From positions 1 through 32,661 of the forward strand of contig JAVCCJ010000053.1 in assembly GCA_030765585.1 (NCBI GenBank): a stretch of DNA of 32,661 nucleotides, given 5' to 3'. The translations under genes and the position numbers were made by a program. Below the pieces are notes generated by a model. That model was not told the DNA's origin and ran no database searches. It saw nothing but the letters and a program-made list of their open reading frames with translations. This document shows positions 18,547 through 27,638 of this stretch, in pieces. Positions within the stretch are counted from its first letter, which is position 1. Every line of letters begins with the position of its first letter. The stretch comes from Candidatus Zapsychrus exili. GTDB taxonomy: Bacteria; Omnitrophota; Gorgyraeia; Zapsychrales; Zapsychraceae.

Positions 18547-19611
18547 TTAAATTAAACCAACTATTTTATTAACTGCTTTCTTTATTATATTAAAACACTC
18601 TCTATAAGATTCACGTGATGTACCTATTGGATCAGGAACATCTTGATTTTCTTCAATTTCACTTGGCAAACTAGAAAACTCTTTTAAAAGATAAATTCTT
18701 TTTTCAACTTCAGGAATACGATCTAAAATTTGACTACGATGAGCACGAGTCATAACGCATATAAGATCTGCTTTTTTCAATAATAAACTAGTCAAAGGTT
18801 GCGACAAATGATTCGTTGCATCAATATTATCTTCTTTCAAAATAGCAACCGCATCTAAACTCGCCTGGGTTCTCATAAGAACACCAGTTCCTGCAGATAC
18901 GGACTCGATATCATCTCTATCTTTCGCTGCATCTCTCAATAAATATTCTGCCATAACAGATCTACAACTATTTCCAGTACAAACAAAAAGTACTGTCTTA
19001 GTTTTGCTAATCTTTTCTATGTCTTCCTTACTTACACTTCCTTCTCTTAATATAGTTGGGGCATCCTTAGTTAAATCAACTACTGTTGATCCCTTACCTA
19101 TTTCTGATTTACCACCATCTATTGCAATATCAACTAAACCATCTAAATCAACTAAAGCATCTTTACATGTCGCAGGCTCAGGCTTTCCATCAAGATTCGC
19201 AGATGTAGCAACAATTGTACATTGTGCTTCATATGCCAATCTTAAAGCTATATTATTGCTAGGCATTCTAACGCCTATCGTTTCATTCTCAACCTTAGAA
19301 GGTACAACAACAGTCAATGGCCCTGGCCAATATTTATCAATGAGCTTATATAAGATCAGTTTACTAAACGTCGTATGCTGTGCTATCAAATCTTTCTGGT
19401 AAACTAAAACAGAAAATGGTTTTGCCTCTGGTCTTTTTTTAACTTCTCTTAGCTTACTTACTGCCGCTTCGTTTGAAGAGTCCACAGCTATACCATAAAC
19501 TGTCTCAGTTGGAAAAACAACTAATCCTCCCTGACGAATAATTTTAGCGCAACGAATTATTCCCTCTGGATTAGGGTTCTGTGGATTTATCTTTATAATT
19601 TCTGTTTTCAA
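18547..19611 (-). CDS. tsaC: Threonylcarbamoyl-AMP synthase (TsaC/YrdC) fused to a LMW protein phosphatase (YwlE-like)
   Basis: FPTETVYG, K.RP..KP, WPGPLT, GVRMP, TSAN, GSTVVD, ILREG; then LFVCTGNSCRS.MAE...DVPDPIG. Confidence 0.9.
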   Translation of the reverse strand: MKTEIIKINPQNPNPEGIIRCAKIIRQGGLVVFPTETVYGIAVDSSNEAAVSKLREVKKRPEAKPFSVLVYQKDLIAQHTTFSKLILYKLIDKYWPGPLTVVVPSKVENETIGVRMPSNNIALRLAYEAQCTIVATSANLDGKPEPATCKDALVDLDGLVDIAIDGGKSEIGKGSTVVDLTKDAPTILREGSVSKEDIEKISKTKTVLFVCTGNSCRSVMAEYLLRDAAKDRDDIESVSAGTGVLMRTQASLDAVAILKEDNIDATNHLSQPLTSLLLKKADLICVMTRAHRSQILDRIPEVEKRIYLLKEFSSLPSEIEENQDVPDPIGTSRESYRECFNIIKKAVNKIVGLI

Positions 19612-20093
19612 TTTAGATCAATATTTAAGATTTTCTCTTTTTGATCTAATTTAAACTTCTCTAACTTTGCCTCTATATCTTTATCTTCTAATCCTAAAAT
19701 TCTTAAAGCCAACAAAGCTGCATTCTTTGCACCTGGTATTCCAACAGCAACTGCTGCAACAGGAACTCCTGGTGGCATTTGAATGGTAGACAATAAAGCA
19801 TCCATACCATTTAAAGCTGTCGCGTCAATTGGAACTCCAATTACAGGCAAACTAGTATGAGCTGCAACAACTCCCGATAAAGCAGCTGATGCTCCCGCAC
19901 CACAAATAACAATTTTAACGCCTCTCTCCTTTAATCCTTCGGCGTATTCAACTGTTTCTTTTGGAGTCCTATGAGCTGAAAGCACTCTGACTTCAGGAGT
20001 TATATTAAAATCTTTTAAAATTTTAACCGTTTCTTCCATTATAGGAAGATCTGACTTACTTCCCATCATCACTGCTACTTTTATTTGACTCAT
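19608..20093 (-). CDS. purE: PurE (N5-CAIR mutase / AIR carboxylase)
   Basis: MGSKSD, SAHRTP, PVIGVP, LLS..QMPPGVPVA, NAA. Confidence 0.96.
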   Translation of the reverse strand: MSQIKVAVMMGSKSDLPIMEETVKILKDFNITPEVRVLSAHRTPKETVEYAEGLKERGVKIVICGAGASAALSGVVAAHTSLPVIGVPIDATALNGMDALLSTIQMPPGVPVAAVAVGIPGAKNAALLALRILGLEDKDIEAKLEKFKLDQKEKILNIDLN

Positions 20094-20111
20094 AATTCCC
20101 TCCCTAATATA

Positions 20112-21395
20112 TTATTGTGACACCGTGTTCTTTAAGGCTTTAGCGCCTATATCTCTTCTAAAAAAACAACGATCAAACTTTACTTTCTCAACTACTTCAT
20201 AAGTATTTCTAATTGCTGCTCCTATATCATCTCCAAATCCTGTTATACCTAACACTCGACCTCCAGACGTAACTATCTTGCCATCTTGATTTTTAGTTCC
20301 TGCATGAAATATAACAGCATCAGTACCTTCAGTTGCTTTATCTAACCCTTGTATTTCACAACCCTTATCATACGCTCCTGGATATCCACCTGAACTCATA
20401 ACAACACATACACAAGCTCTCTTATCCCACAAAAGCTCTGCCTCATTAAGGCGACCTTCACAACTTGCAATCATAACATCAATAATATCGCTTTTAAGCC
20501 TTGGTAAAATTGCTTGTGTCTCAGGATCTCCAAGACGAACATTAAATTCTAATACAAATGGACCCTTTTCTGTAATCATCAGCCCCGCATATAAAATTCC
20601 CTTGAAAGGAGCACCTTCTTGTATCATTCCATCTATAGTAGGGTTTATTACAAGCTCTTCAATTGTTCTAAACATTTCTTGTGTTGCAACTGGTGCCGGA
20701 GAATATGCTCCCATTCCACCTGTGTTTGGCCCTAGGTCATCGTCAAAAATTCTCTTATGATCCTGAGAAGAATCTAATAATAAATAATTCTCCCCATCAC
20801 TTACGGCTAATATTGAAACCTCCTCGCCCACTAAACATTCTTCTATAATTATCTTCTCACCAGCCTCTTTGAAAACTTTGTCTTCCATTATTTGTTTTAA
20901 GGCTTCATCTGCTTCTTCTTTATCTTTACAAATGATAACTCCCTTACCTGCTGCAAGTCCATCAGCCTTAATAACAATAGGAAATTCTACATCTAATAAA
21001 AAATCTTTCGCTTTATTTATGTCTTCAAATACTTTAAATGCCGCAGTAGGAATACCATATTTATACATAAACTCTTTAGAAAAAGCTTTGCTTCCTTCGA
21101 GCTGTGCTGCTTTCTTGCTAGGTCCAAAAACTTTCAACCCCTTTTCTTCAAAAACATCAACACTCCCTGCTGCTAAAGGAACTTCTGGTCCTATAACTGT
21201 TAAGTCTATTGCACGCTCCAAAGCAAACTGAGCCAATCCTTCTATGTCGTCTGCCTTTATATCAACACATTCTGCTATGGATTCTATTCCTCCATTGCCT
21301 GGCGCACAGAAAACTTCTTTAACTTTAGAGCTTTGCTTTATTTTCCAAACCAATGTATGTTCGCGACCACCTGATCCAACAACTAAAACTTTCAT
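20112..21395 (-). CDS. purD: Phosphoribosylamine-glycine ligase
   Basis: GSGGREH, APGNGG, KADGLAAGKGV, QDHKR, NTGGMGAY, EFNVRLGDPE. Confidence 0.99.
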   Translation of the reverse strand: MKVLVVGSGGREHTLVWKIKQSSKVKEVFCAPGNGGIESIAECVDIKADDIEGLAQFALERAIDLTVIGPEVPLAAGSVDVFEEKGLKVFGPSKKAAQLEGSKAFSKEFMYKYGIPTAAFKVFEDINKAKDFLLDVEFPIVIKADGLAAGKGVIICKDKEEADEALKQIMEDKVFKEAGEKIIIEECLVGEEVSILAVSDGENYLLLDSSQDHKRIFDDDLGPNTGGMGAYSPAPVATQEMFRTIEELVINPTIDGMIQEGAPFKGILYAGLMITEKGPFVLEFNVRLGDPETQAILPRLKSDIIDVMIASCEGRLNEAELLWDKRACVCVVMSSGGYPGAYDKGCEIQGLDKATEGTDAVIFHAGTKNQDGKIVTSGGRVLGITGFGDDIGAAIRNTYEVVEKVKFDRCFFRRDIGAKALKNTVSQ

Positions 21396-22390
21396 AATAT
21401 TACTTTCCTCTTAGTATCGTTAACAACCTCGCCTATTAAATAATTTTTAATCTTAAGATTATTTAGAAAAACCATAATATTAGCTGCTTGTGCCTTATCT
21501 ACTACTAAAACCATACCAATGCCCATGTTAAATGTACGATACATTTCCTCGTCGCTTACATTACCTTTTTCCTGCAAAATATTAAATATTTCAGGAACAA
21601 CCCAGCCATCACGATCAATAGCAAAGCACTTTCCCTTTGGTAAAATTTTAGTCAATTTCTCGTAATAAGCTCCACCAGTTATATGAGCCATACCTTTTAC
21701 TTTAAATTTATCCAAAACGCTTAATACCTCTTTTACATAAATCTTTGTAGGGGCAATAAGCTCTTTAGCATATTTCTTTAAGTTTTTACCTAATATTTTT
21801 CTTGCAAGAGAAAATCCATTTGAATGCAAACCATTTGATGCTAAGCCAATAATTACATCACCCGACTTTATTTTTGACCCATCTATTATTTTTTTCTTAT
21901 CAACAATTCCAACAGCAAAACCTGCCAAATCATAATCTTCTTTTTTATACATACCTGGCATTTCAGCTGTTTCTCCACCGATTAAACTACAATTAGATTG
22001 TTTGCATCCCTTGACAACTCCGCCAACAACCTGCTTTAAAACGCTCGGCTTTAATTCTCCACAAGCTATATAATCTAAAAAGAATAAAGGTTTTGCCCCA
22101 ACACAAAGAATATCATTAACATTCATAGCAACTAAATCAATTCCAACCGTATCGTGTTTGTTAACAGCATTTGCAACCAAAAGCTTTGTACCTACTCCAT
22201 CGGTAGACGACACAAGCACTGGATTCTTATACTTTTTTGTATCTAAAGAAAATAAGCTTCCAAACAAACCTTTTTTGCTTATAACATTTAAATTATGAGT
22301 ACTAGCTACATTCTTTTTAATAGCATCCACAAATATATTCGCTTTTTTTATATCAACACCGCTTGTCTTGTATGTAATTTTTTTGCTCAT
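21392..22390 (-). CDS. purM: AIR synthase
   Basis: Y..SGVD, TDGVGTKL, GGETAEMPG, GLHSNGFSL, AHITGG, RTFNMG. Confidence 0.99.
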   Translation of the reverse strand: MSKKITYKTSGVDIKKANIFVDAIKKNVASTHNLNVISKKGLFGSLFSLDTKKYKNPVLVSSTDGVGTKLLVANAVNKHDTVGIDLVAMNVNDILCVGAKPLFFLDYIACGELKPSVLKQVVGGVVKGCKQSNCSLIGGETAEMPGMYKKEDYDLAGFAVGIVDKKKIIDGSKIKSGDVIIGLASNGLHSNGFSLARKILGKNLKKYAKELIAPTKIYVKEVLSVLDKFKVKGMAHITGGAYYEKLTKILPKGKCFAIDRDGWVVPEIFNILQEKGNVSDEEMYRTFNMGIGMVLVVDKAQAANIMVFLNNLKIKNYLIGEVVNDTKRKVIL

Positions 22391-22392
22391 TT

Positions 22393-23211
22393 TTATCCCT
22401 TTATAAGATTCTTTTTTGCATAATTTACACCATTCTTAAAAATAAGTGCCCCATCTCCAAAATCACTCTTTCTTTCTAGTCTCGTCCAGAAAGGATGTTG
22501 AGTGAAAGAAAAATGTCTTTCAGGATGAGGCATTAATCCTAAAATACGTCCGGTTTTATCAGAAATACCAGCAATATTATCAATAGATCCATTTGGATTT
22601 TCTGGATATACAGGCTTATTTCCAGAAAAGTTGCAATAACGGAAAATAATCTGCTTATTTTTCTTTAACTCTTCTAAAACTTTCTTACTCTTTACAACAA
22701 ATTTGCCTTCAGCATGTGCGACAGGATAATAAACAGTTTCACCTAAACCTTCTGTCCAAATACTTTTTCCATCTGTCTTTAAATACGTCCAACGATCTTC
22801 GAACTTACTTGAATCATTGGATATTAAAGTTACATCTTGTGGCAAATCTTTAAAACTATTAATTTTTTTATTTGATAAACCTGGCAAAAATCCAGATTTA
22901 ACTAAAACTTGAAAACCATTACAAATACCTATAATAAGCTTTCCATCTTTAATAAATTTATTAATGCTTTTAATTAGATACAATCTAAGCTCATTAGCTA
23001 AAATACGACCTGATTCAATATCATCACCATAGGTAAACCCGCCTGGAATAGCTAATATATGATAACTATCAAGCTTTGTTTTACCTTCTAGCAACCTATT
23101 AATATGCACAAGATCTGTGTCCGCTCCTTGAGCTTTAAAAGCGAACGCTGTTTCTTCGTCACAATTTGTGCCAGCGGTTCTTATTACAATTACTTTAACT
23201 TTCTTAGACAT
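22393..23211 (-). CDS. purQ: FGAM synthase glutaminase subunit
   Basis: GTNC, PGGFTYGD, GICNGFQVL, AHAEG, NPNGS, MPHPER. Confidence 0.98.
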   Translation of the reverse strand: MSKKVKVIVIRTAGTNCDEETAFAFKAQGADTDLVHINRLLEGKTKLDSYHILAIPGGFTYGDDIESGRILANELRLYLIKSINKFIKDGKLIIGICNGFQVLVKSGFLPGLSNKKINSFKDLPQDVTLISNDSSKFEDRWTYLKTDGKSIWTEGLGETVYYPVAHAEGKFVVKSKKVLEELKKNKQIIFRYCNFSGNKPVYPENPNGSIDNIAGISDKTGRILGLMPHPERHFSFTQHPFWTRLERKSDFGDGALIFKNGVNYAKKNLIKG

Positions 23212-23218
23212 AACCTAA

Positions 23219-23908
23219 TTATTTTCTTTTTTTATAAAAATCTTTAATTATTTTAACTACATCTTCTGGCTTATCTACAACTTGAAAAATATTTAAATCG
23301 TCTTTATCTATTTTCTTATCTTCTAATACTGTTGTTTTTAACCAATCTATCAAACCTTTCCAGAATTTCTTACCAACAAAAATAACAGGAAATCTTTTCA
23401 TACGTTTTGTCTGAATCAAAGTAAGGCTTTCAAACAATTCATCAAAAGTACCATATCCTCCAGGGAAAATAACAAATGCCTTAGCATATTTTAGGAACAT
23501 TACCTTTCTGCAGAAGAAATAATGAAAATTAATCAATTTATTAATATATGGATTTGGTTCTTGCTCAAAAGGTAATTCAATATTAAGACCAACAGAAGTA
23601 CCTTTTGCCTCATCAGCTCCTTTATTTCCAGCTTCCATAATTCCAGGACCGCCGCCAGTTATAACAGTATAGCCTTGCTTAACCAGTAACTTTGCTGTTT
23701 TCTCTGCGTCTTTATATGTTTTATCTGTGCTTGGGGTACGCGCTGAACCAAAAATAGTTACTGCACGACCTATTGTAGACAATTCGTCAAACCCTTCAAC
23801 AAACTCTGCCATAATGCGAAATACTCTCCAAGGATCTTCCATTTTAAAATCTGCTACTTTATAAAGCTCATCTTTGATACTTTTCTTAATCATACTTTTA
23901 TTCCCCAT
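23219..23908 (-). CDS. LOG-family (TIGR00730) nucleotide phosphoribohydrolase
   Basis: VTIFGSAR, TGGGPGIMEA, LPFEQ, YFF.RK, PGGYGTFDE. Confidence 0.93.
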   Translation of the reverse strand: MGNKSMIKKSIKDELYKVADFKMEDPWRVFRIMAEFVEGFDELSTIGRAVTIFGSARTPSTDKTYKDAEKTAKLLVKQGYTVITGGGPGIMEAGNKGADEAKGTSVGLNIELPFEQEPNPYINKLINFHYFFCRKVMFLKYAKAFVIFPGGYGTFDELFESLTLIQTKRMKRFPVIFVGKKFWKGLIDWLKTTVLEDKKIDKDDLNIFQVVDKPEDVVKIIKDFYKKRK

Positions 23909-23932
23909 TCATCACCCCACATTTAAGTTATT

Positions 23933-26836
23933 TTACCATCTAAGAGGCTTTTTCCAAGCCTCCCTTAAATCTTCTGTGTATATATTTACACAAGGCTGCC
24001 CATCTAAACCATATATAACAAACTCCTGCCCTTCTTCTACTTTACCAATTACTCCAAAAGGAAGGCCTTTCAGCAAATCTTCAAACTTATTTTTGTTCTT
24101 TTCAGATACTTCAATCAAGAATCTCGAATTAGACTCAGAGAAAAGAACAGCATCATTCTTTTTATAAGTTCCTTTATATGGAACCTTATCAAGACGAGCT
24201 GTTACGCCTAAACCACCACTAAAAGACATCTCAGCTAACGCAACCCCTATTCCACCTTCCGAACAATCATGAGATGAACGAACTAATCCCTGTCTTATTG
24301 CCTTTGATAAAGCTTTAAATGTTTTCATTCCTTTTTTCGTATCAACTTTCGGAACAGATGCCCCTAAAGCACCTAAAGTATCTAAATAAACAGAACCGCC
24401 AAGTTCGTTAAAAGTCTCTCCAACACAATAAATATAATTACCTGCTTCTTTTAAATCCATAGTAACTGCCTTATTTACATCATCTACTATACCAATTGCA
24501 GAAATTAAGATTGTTCCTGGAATTGAAATTGATTTATTATTTTCCATATATTCATTATACAAACTATCTTTTCCAGAAATAAAAGGAACCTTGTACCCTA
24601 CAGCAGTTTCATAGCAGCCAAAAGCAGCGCGAACCATGCTTCCCAATCTATCTGGCTTATCTGGATTTCCCCAACAAAAATTATCTAATATTGCAATTCT
24701 TTCAGGATTTCCACCAACAGAAACAACCTGACGAATAGCCTCATCTATACACGACGCTGACATCCAGAAAGGATCAATCTTTCCATACATGACATTAATT
24801 CCATTAGATATTGCTAATCCTTTTTTAGATCCAAACTTAGGAGCAATAACACTAGCATCTGATGGTCCGTCGCAATTTATTCCTACCAAAGGTTTAATTA
24901 TGCTTGTACCTTGAACTTCATGATCATATTGACGTATTACCCATTCTTTCGAACAAACGTTATAATGTGATAATACGTTTAACAAGTTCTCATTTAAAAT
25001 CTTTGAAGGCTTTGTCTTAGGATCTACAAATGCCGGCTTTTTCCAAACAGCTTCTTTTGTAATCTTTGGGTTTCCTTCATACAAGAAGCGCATATCTAAA
25101 TCACATACTTGTGTTCCTTCATAAAAAAGTTCTAACTTTTTATTACCTGTAAAAGTTCCAATAACTGTTGCTTCAACATTTTCATCAGAACATACAGAAA
25201 GAAATTTCTTTATTTTATTAGGAGGCACTGAGAAAACCATTCTTTCTTGTGACTCAGAAATCCAAATCTCATCATAATTAAGTCCTTCGTATTTTAAAGG
25301 CACACGATCAAGATCAATACGTACTCCCAACTTCTCGCCCATTTCTCCTGCAGCAGATGATAATCCGCCTGCTCCGCAATCAGTTACAAAATTATATAAA
25401 TTTTGATCTCTTGTCTTAATCAAAGCATCTAATACTTTTTTCTCTTGAATTGGGTCACCTATCTGAACCGCTCCAGAAGATACCGTCTCAGACTCTTCTG
25501 TAAGCTCTCCCGATGAAAACGTTGCGCCATGTATACCGTCACGTCCTGTTTTGCCGCCAGTAACAACAGCCAAATCTCCCTTTAAAACCTTTTTAAAAAC
25601 TTTGTCTTTAGGCATAATCCCTACATTTCCACAATATACTAAAGGATTGCCTACAAATTTATCATCAAAAAGTATTGCACCATTAATTGTTGGTATGCCC
25701 ATTTTGTTTCCATAATCACGAACCCCTGAAACAACACCCTTCATAACACGTTTAGGATGAAGCGTACCAACTGGTAATTTATCGAAAGGCATATCTGGTG
25801 AGCCGAAGCAAAAAACATCGGTACAACATATTGGCTTTGCGCCAAGACCAGTGCCTAGTATGTCTCGGATTACTCCTCCTATACCTGTATTTGCGCCACC
25901 AAAAGGCTCTAATGCCGACGGATGATTATGCGTCTCAACCTTAAAACAAACATTAGATTCTTGATCAAACTTTATAACACCAGCATTATCATGAAACACA
26001 GATACACACCAAGATTTATTTATATCTGTCGTTGCTTTAACTATTGTTGTTTTAAGCAAGCTATTTATTGTCTTAACTTTAGTCTTTTTATTTTCAGTCT
26101 CTGTATATCTAATATTTCCACGAAAAGTTTTATGATAACAATGTTCGCTCCAAGTTTGAGCAATAGTCTCGAGTTCACAATCGGTTGGATTTCTTTTAAG
26201 CTTCTTAAAATGTGCTTTTATAGCCTTCATCTCGTTTATATTCAAGAAAAGCTGACCATCTTGGCTTATCTTCATCAATTTCTTATCATCTGCGCCAATC
26301 AAATCTACGTGCGAAAGCACACATTTATACTTAGAGTCGGTAAAGCTTAAGGTTTTATCCATTGCATTATAATCTACGACATGTTGTATTAATTTATTTG
26401 ATAAAGCTTTATTTACAATAATATCCATATTTTTATTTGAAATATTACCGTATAAGGTGTAGATTTTTGCGGTGCGAATTGACTGTATCTTTTTTATTCC
26501 AAGATCTTTAATACCCTTTATTGTAGAATGCTCGACAGGATCCATAACACCTGTGTTATACGCAATTTCAGCTACGTGCAAATCTTTCTTAATTTTAGAA
26601 GGTTTAAAATTCTGGATTGAAACACAACGGTAATTTTGAGTTATCTCATCTACAAGAAGATCCTTGCAGATTTGATCGGCTTGTTTCTTTGTTATATTGC
26701 CTTCTAAATTATAAACTTGCGCAACATGAACTTTTTTAATTCCCTTAATTCCTAAATCAATTATAGATTTAAAAACACTCATCCCATGGGAATCAACAAT
26801 TCCTTTTTTATGTTTTATTTCTACCCTATAAATCAT
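23933..26836 (-). CDS. purL: FGAM synthase PurL with two fused N-terminal PurS-like domains
   Basis: QTWSEHC.HK, KVETHNHPS, TGRDGIHG, DCGAGG, SESQER, QYDHEV, SGKDS; first ~155 aa have two PurS-like repeats (GIVDSHG...DLGI; GVMDPV...DLGI). Confidence 0.97.
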   Translation of the reverse strand: MIYRVEIKHKKGIVDSHGMSVFKSIIDLGIKGIKKVHVAQVYNLEGNITKKQADQICKDLLVDEITQNYRCVSIQNFKPSKIKKDLHVAEIAYNTGVMDPVEHSTIKGIKDLGIKKIQSIRTAKIYTLYGNISNKNMDIIVNKALSNKLIQHVVDYNAMDKTLSFTDSKYKCVLSHVDLIGADDKKLMKISQDGQLFLNINEMKAIKAHFKKLKRNPTDCELETIAQTWSEHCYHKTFRGNIRYTETENKKTKVKTINSLLKTTIVKATTDINKSWCVSVFHDNAGVIKFDQESNVCFKVETHNHPSALEPFGGANTGIGGVIRDILGTGLGAKPICCTDVFCFGSPDMPFDKLPVGTLHPKRVMKGVVSGVRDYGNKMGIPTINGAILFDDKFVGNPLVYCGNVGIMPKDKVFKKVLKGDLAVVTGGKTGRDGIHGATFSSGELTEESETVSSGAVQIGDPIQEKKVLDALIKTRDQNLYNFVTDCGAGGLSSAAGEMGEKLGVRIDLDRVPLKYEGLNYDEIWISESQERMVFSVPPNKIKKFLSVCSDENVEATVIGTFTGNKKLELFYEGTQVCDLDMRFLYEGNPKITKEAVWKKPAFVDPKTKPSKILNENLLNVLSHYNVCSKEWVIRQYDHEVQGTSIIKPLVGINCDGPSDASVIAPKFGSKKGLAISNGINVMYGKIDPFWMSASCIDEAIRQVVSVGGNPERIAILDNFCWGNPDKPDRLGSMVRAAFGCYETAVGYKVPFISGKDSLYNEYMENNKSISIPGTILISAIGIVDDVNKAVTMDLKEAGNYIYCVGETFNELGGSVYLDTLGALGASVPKVDTKKGMKTFKALSKAIRQGLVRSSHDCSEGGIGVALAEMSFSGGLGVTARLDKVPYKGTYKKNDAVLFSESNSRFLIEVSEKNKNKFEDLLKGLPFGVIGKVEEGQEFVIYGLDGQPCVNIYTEDLREAWKKPLRW

Positions 26837-26859
26837 TATTTTTTAATTGAATTAAATAC

Positions 26860-26916
26860 TCAATCCTCTTGCCTTCGTTTGCTTGCTTACACAATTATCG
26901 ATGACAAGAGGATTGA
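26860..26916. repeat. Long intergenic inverted repeat between purC and purL
   Basis: Perfect 12-bp TCAATCCTCTTG / CAAGAGGATTGA, extendable to about 18 bp on the mRNA strand. Confidence 0.7.
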
Positions 26917-26933
26917 AATTCGAGGATTAAAAT

Positions 26934-27638
26934 TTATACACTTACTCTTTTTAGAATTTCTTGGTAAGCTTCTTCAACATTTCCTAAATCATGTCTAAAA
27001 CGATCTTTATCCAGCTTTTCGCCTGTTCCAATTTCCCACAGTCTACAAGTATCAGGAGACATCTCATCGGCAAGAATAACTTTACCCTTATATCTTCCGA
27101 ACTCTAACTTGAAATCTATTAATTCCAAATTTAGATTCTTAAAAAACTTCGACATAAGATCATTGATTTTAAAAGAATAATCTTTTATCACTTCTATCTC
27201 TTCTTTTGTAGCGAACCCTAAAGCAAGAATATGATATTCATTAATTAAAGGATCATTTAAATCATCTTTTTTATAACAAAATTCTAAAACCGGAATGTTC
27301 AAAGTTCGTCCCTCTTCAACCCCTAGATTTCGACAAAGCGATCCTGCTGCTCTGTTTCTTATAATAACTTCTATGGGGACTATTTCTACACTCTTGACCA
27401 TCATTTCTCTATCACTAAGATTCTTTTCAAAATGAGTAGCAATACCTTCTGACTCAAGAAATTCAAAAATTCTAGTCGATATTTTATTGTTCATAATGCC
27501 TTTGTCTACAACTGTTCCCTTTTTCTGAGAATTAAAAGCCGTTGCATCATCTTTAAAATACTGAATAAGCAAGCCTGGATCATCTGTTGTATAAAGAATT
27601 TTTGCTTTGCCTTCATATATTTGTTCTTTTTTATGCAT
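26934..27638 (-). CDS. purC: SAICAR synthase
   Basis: YEGKAK, FKDDATAFN, PIEVI.RN.AAGS, K.DDL.DP, DFKLEFG, LADE.SPDTCRLW, DKDRFR. Confidence 0.99.
   Translation of the reverse strand: MHKKEQIYEGKAKILYTTDDPGLLIQYFKDDATAFNSQKKGTVVDKGIMNNKISTRIFEFLESEGIATHFEKNLSDREMMVKSVEIVPIEVIIRNRAAGSLCRNLGVEEGRTLNIPVLEFCYKKDDLNDPLINEYHILALGFATKEEIEVIKDYSFKINDLMSKFFKNLNLELIDFKLEFGRYKGKVILADEMSPDTCRLWEIGTGEKLDKDRFRHDLGNVEEAYQEILKRVSV

Noticed and set aside
18547..19000. Arsenate reductase call for the CTGNSCRS domain
   Set aside because: Lacks the distal redox cysteine pair of thioredoxin-coupled ArsC; the C-terminal part and the rpiB-glyA context are YwlE-like
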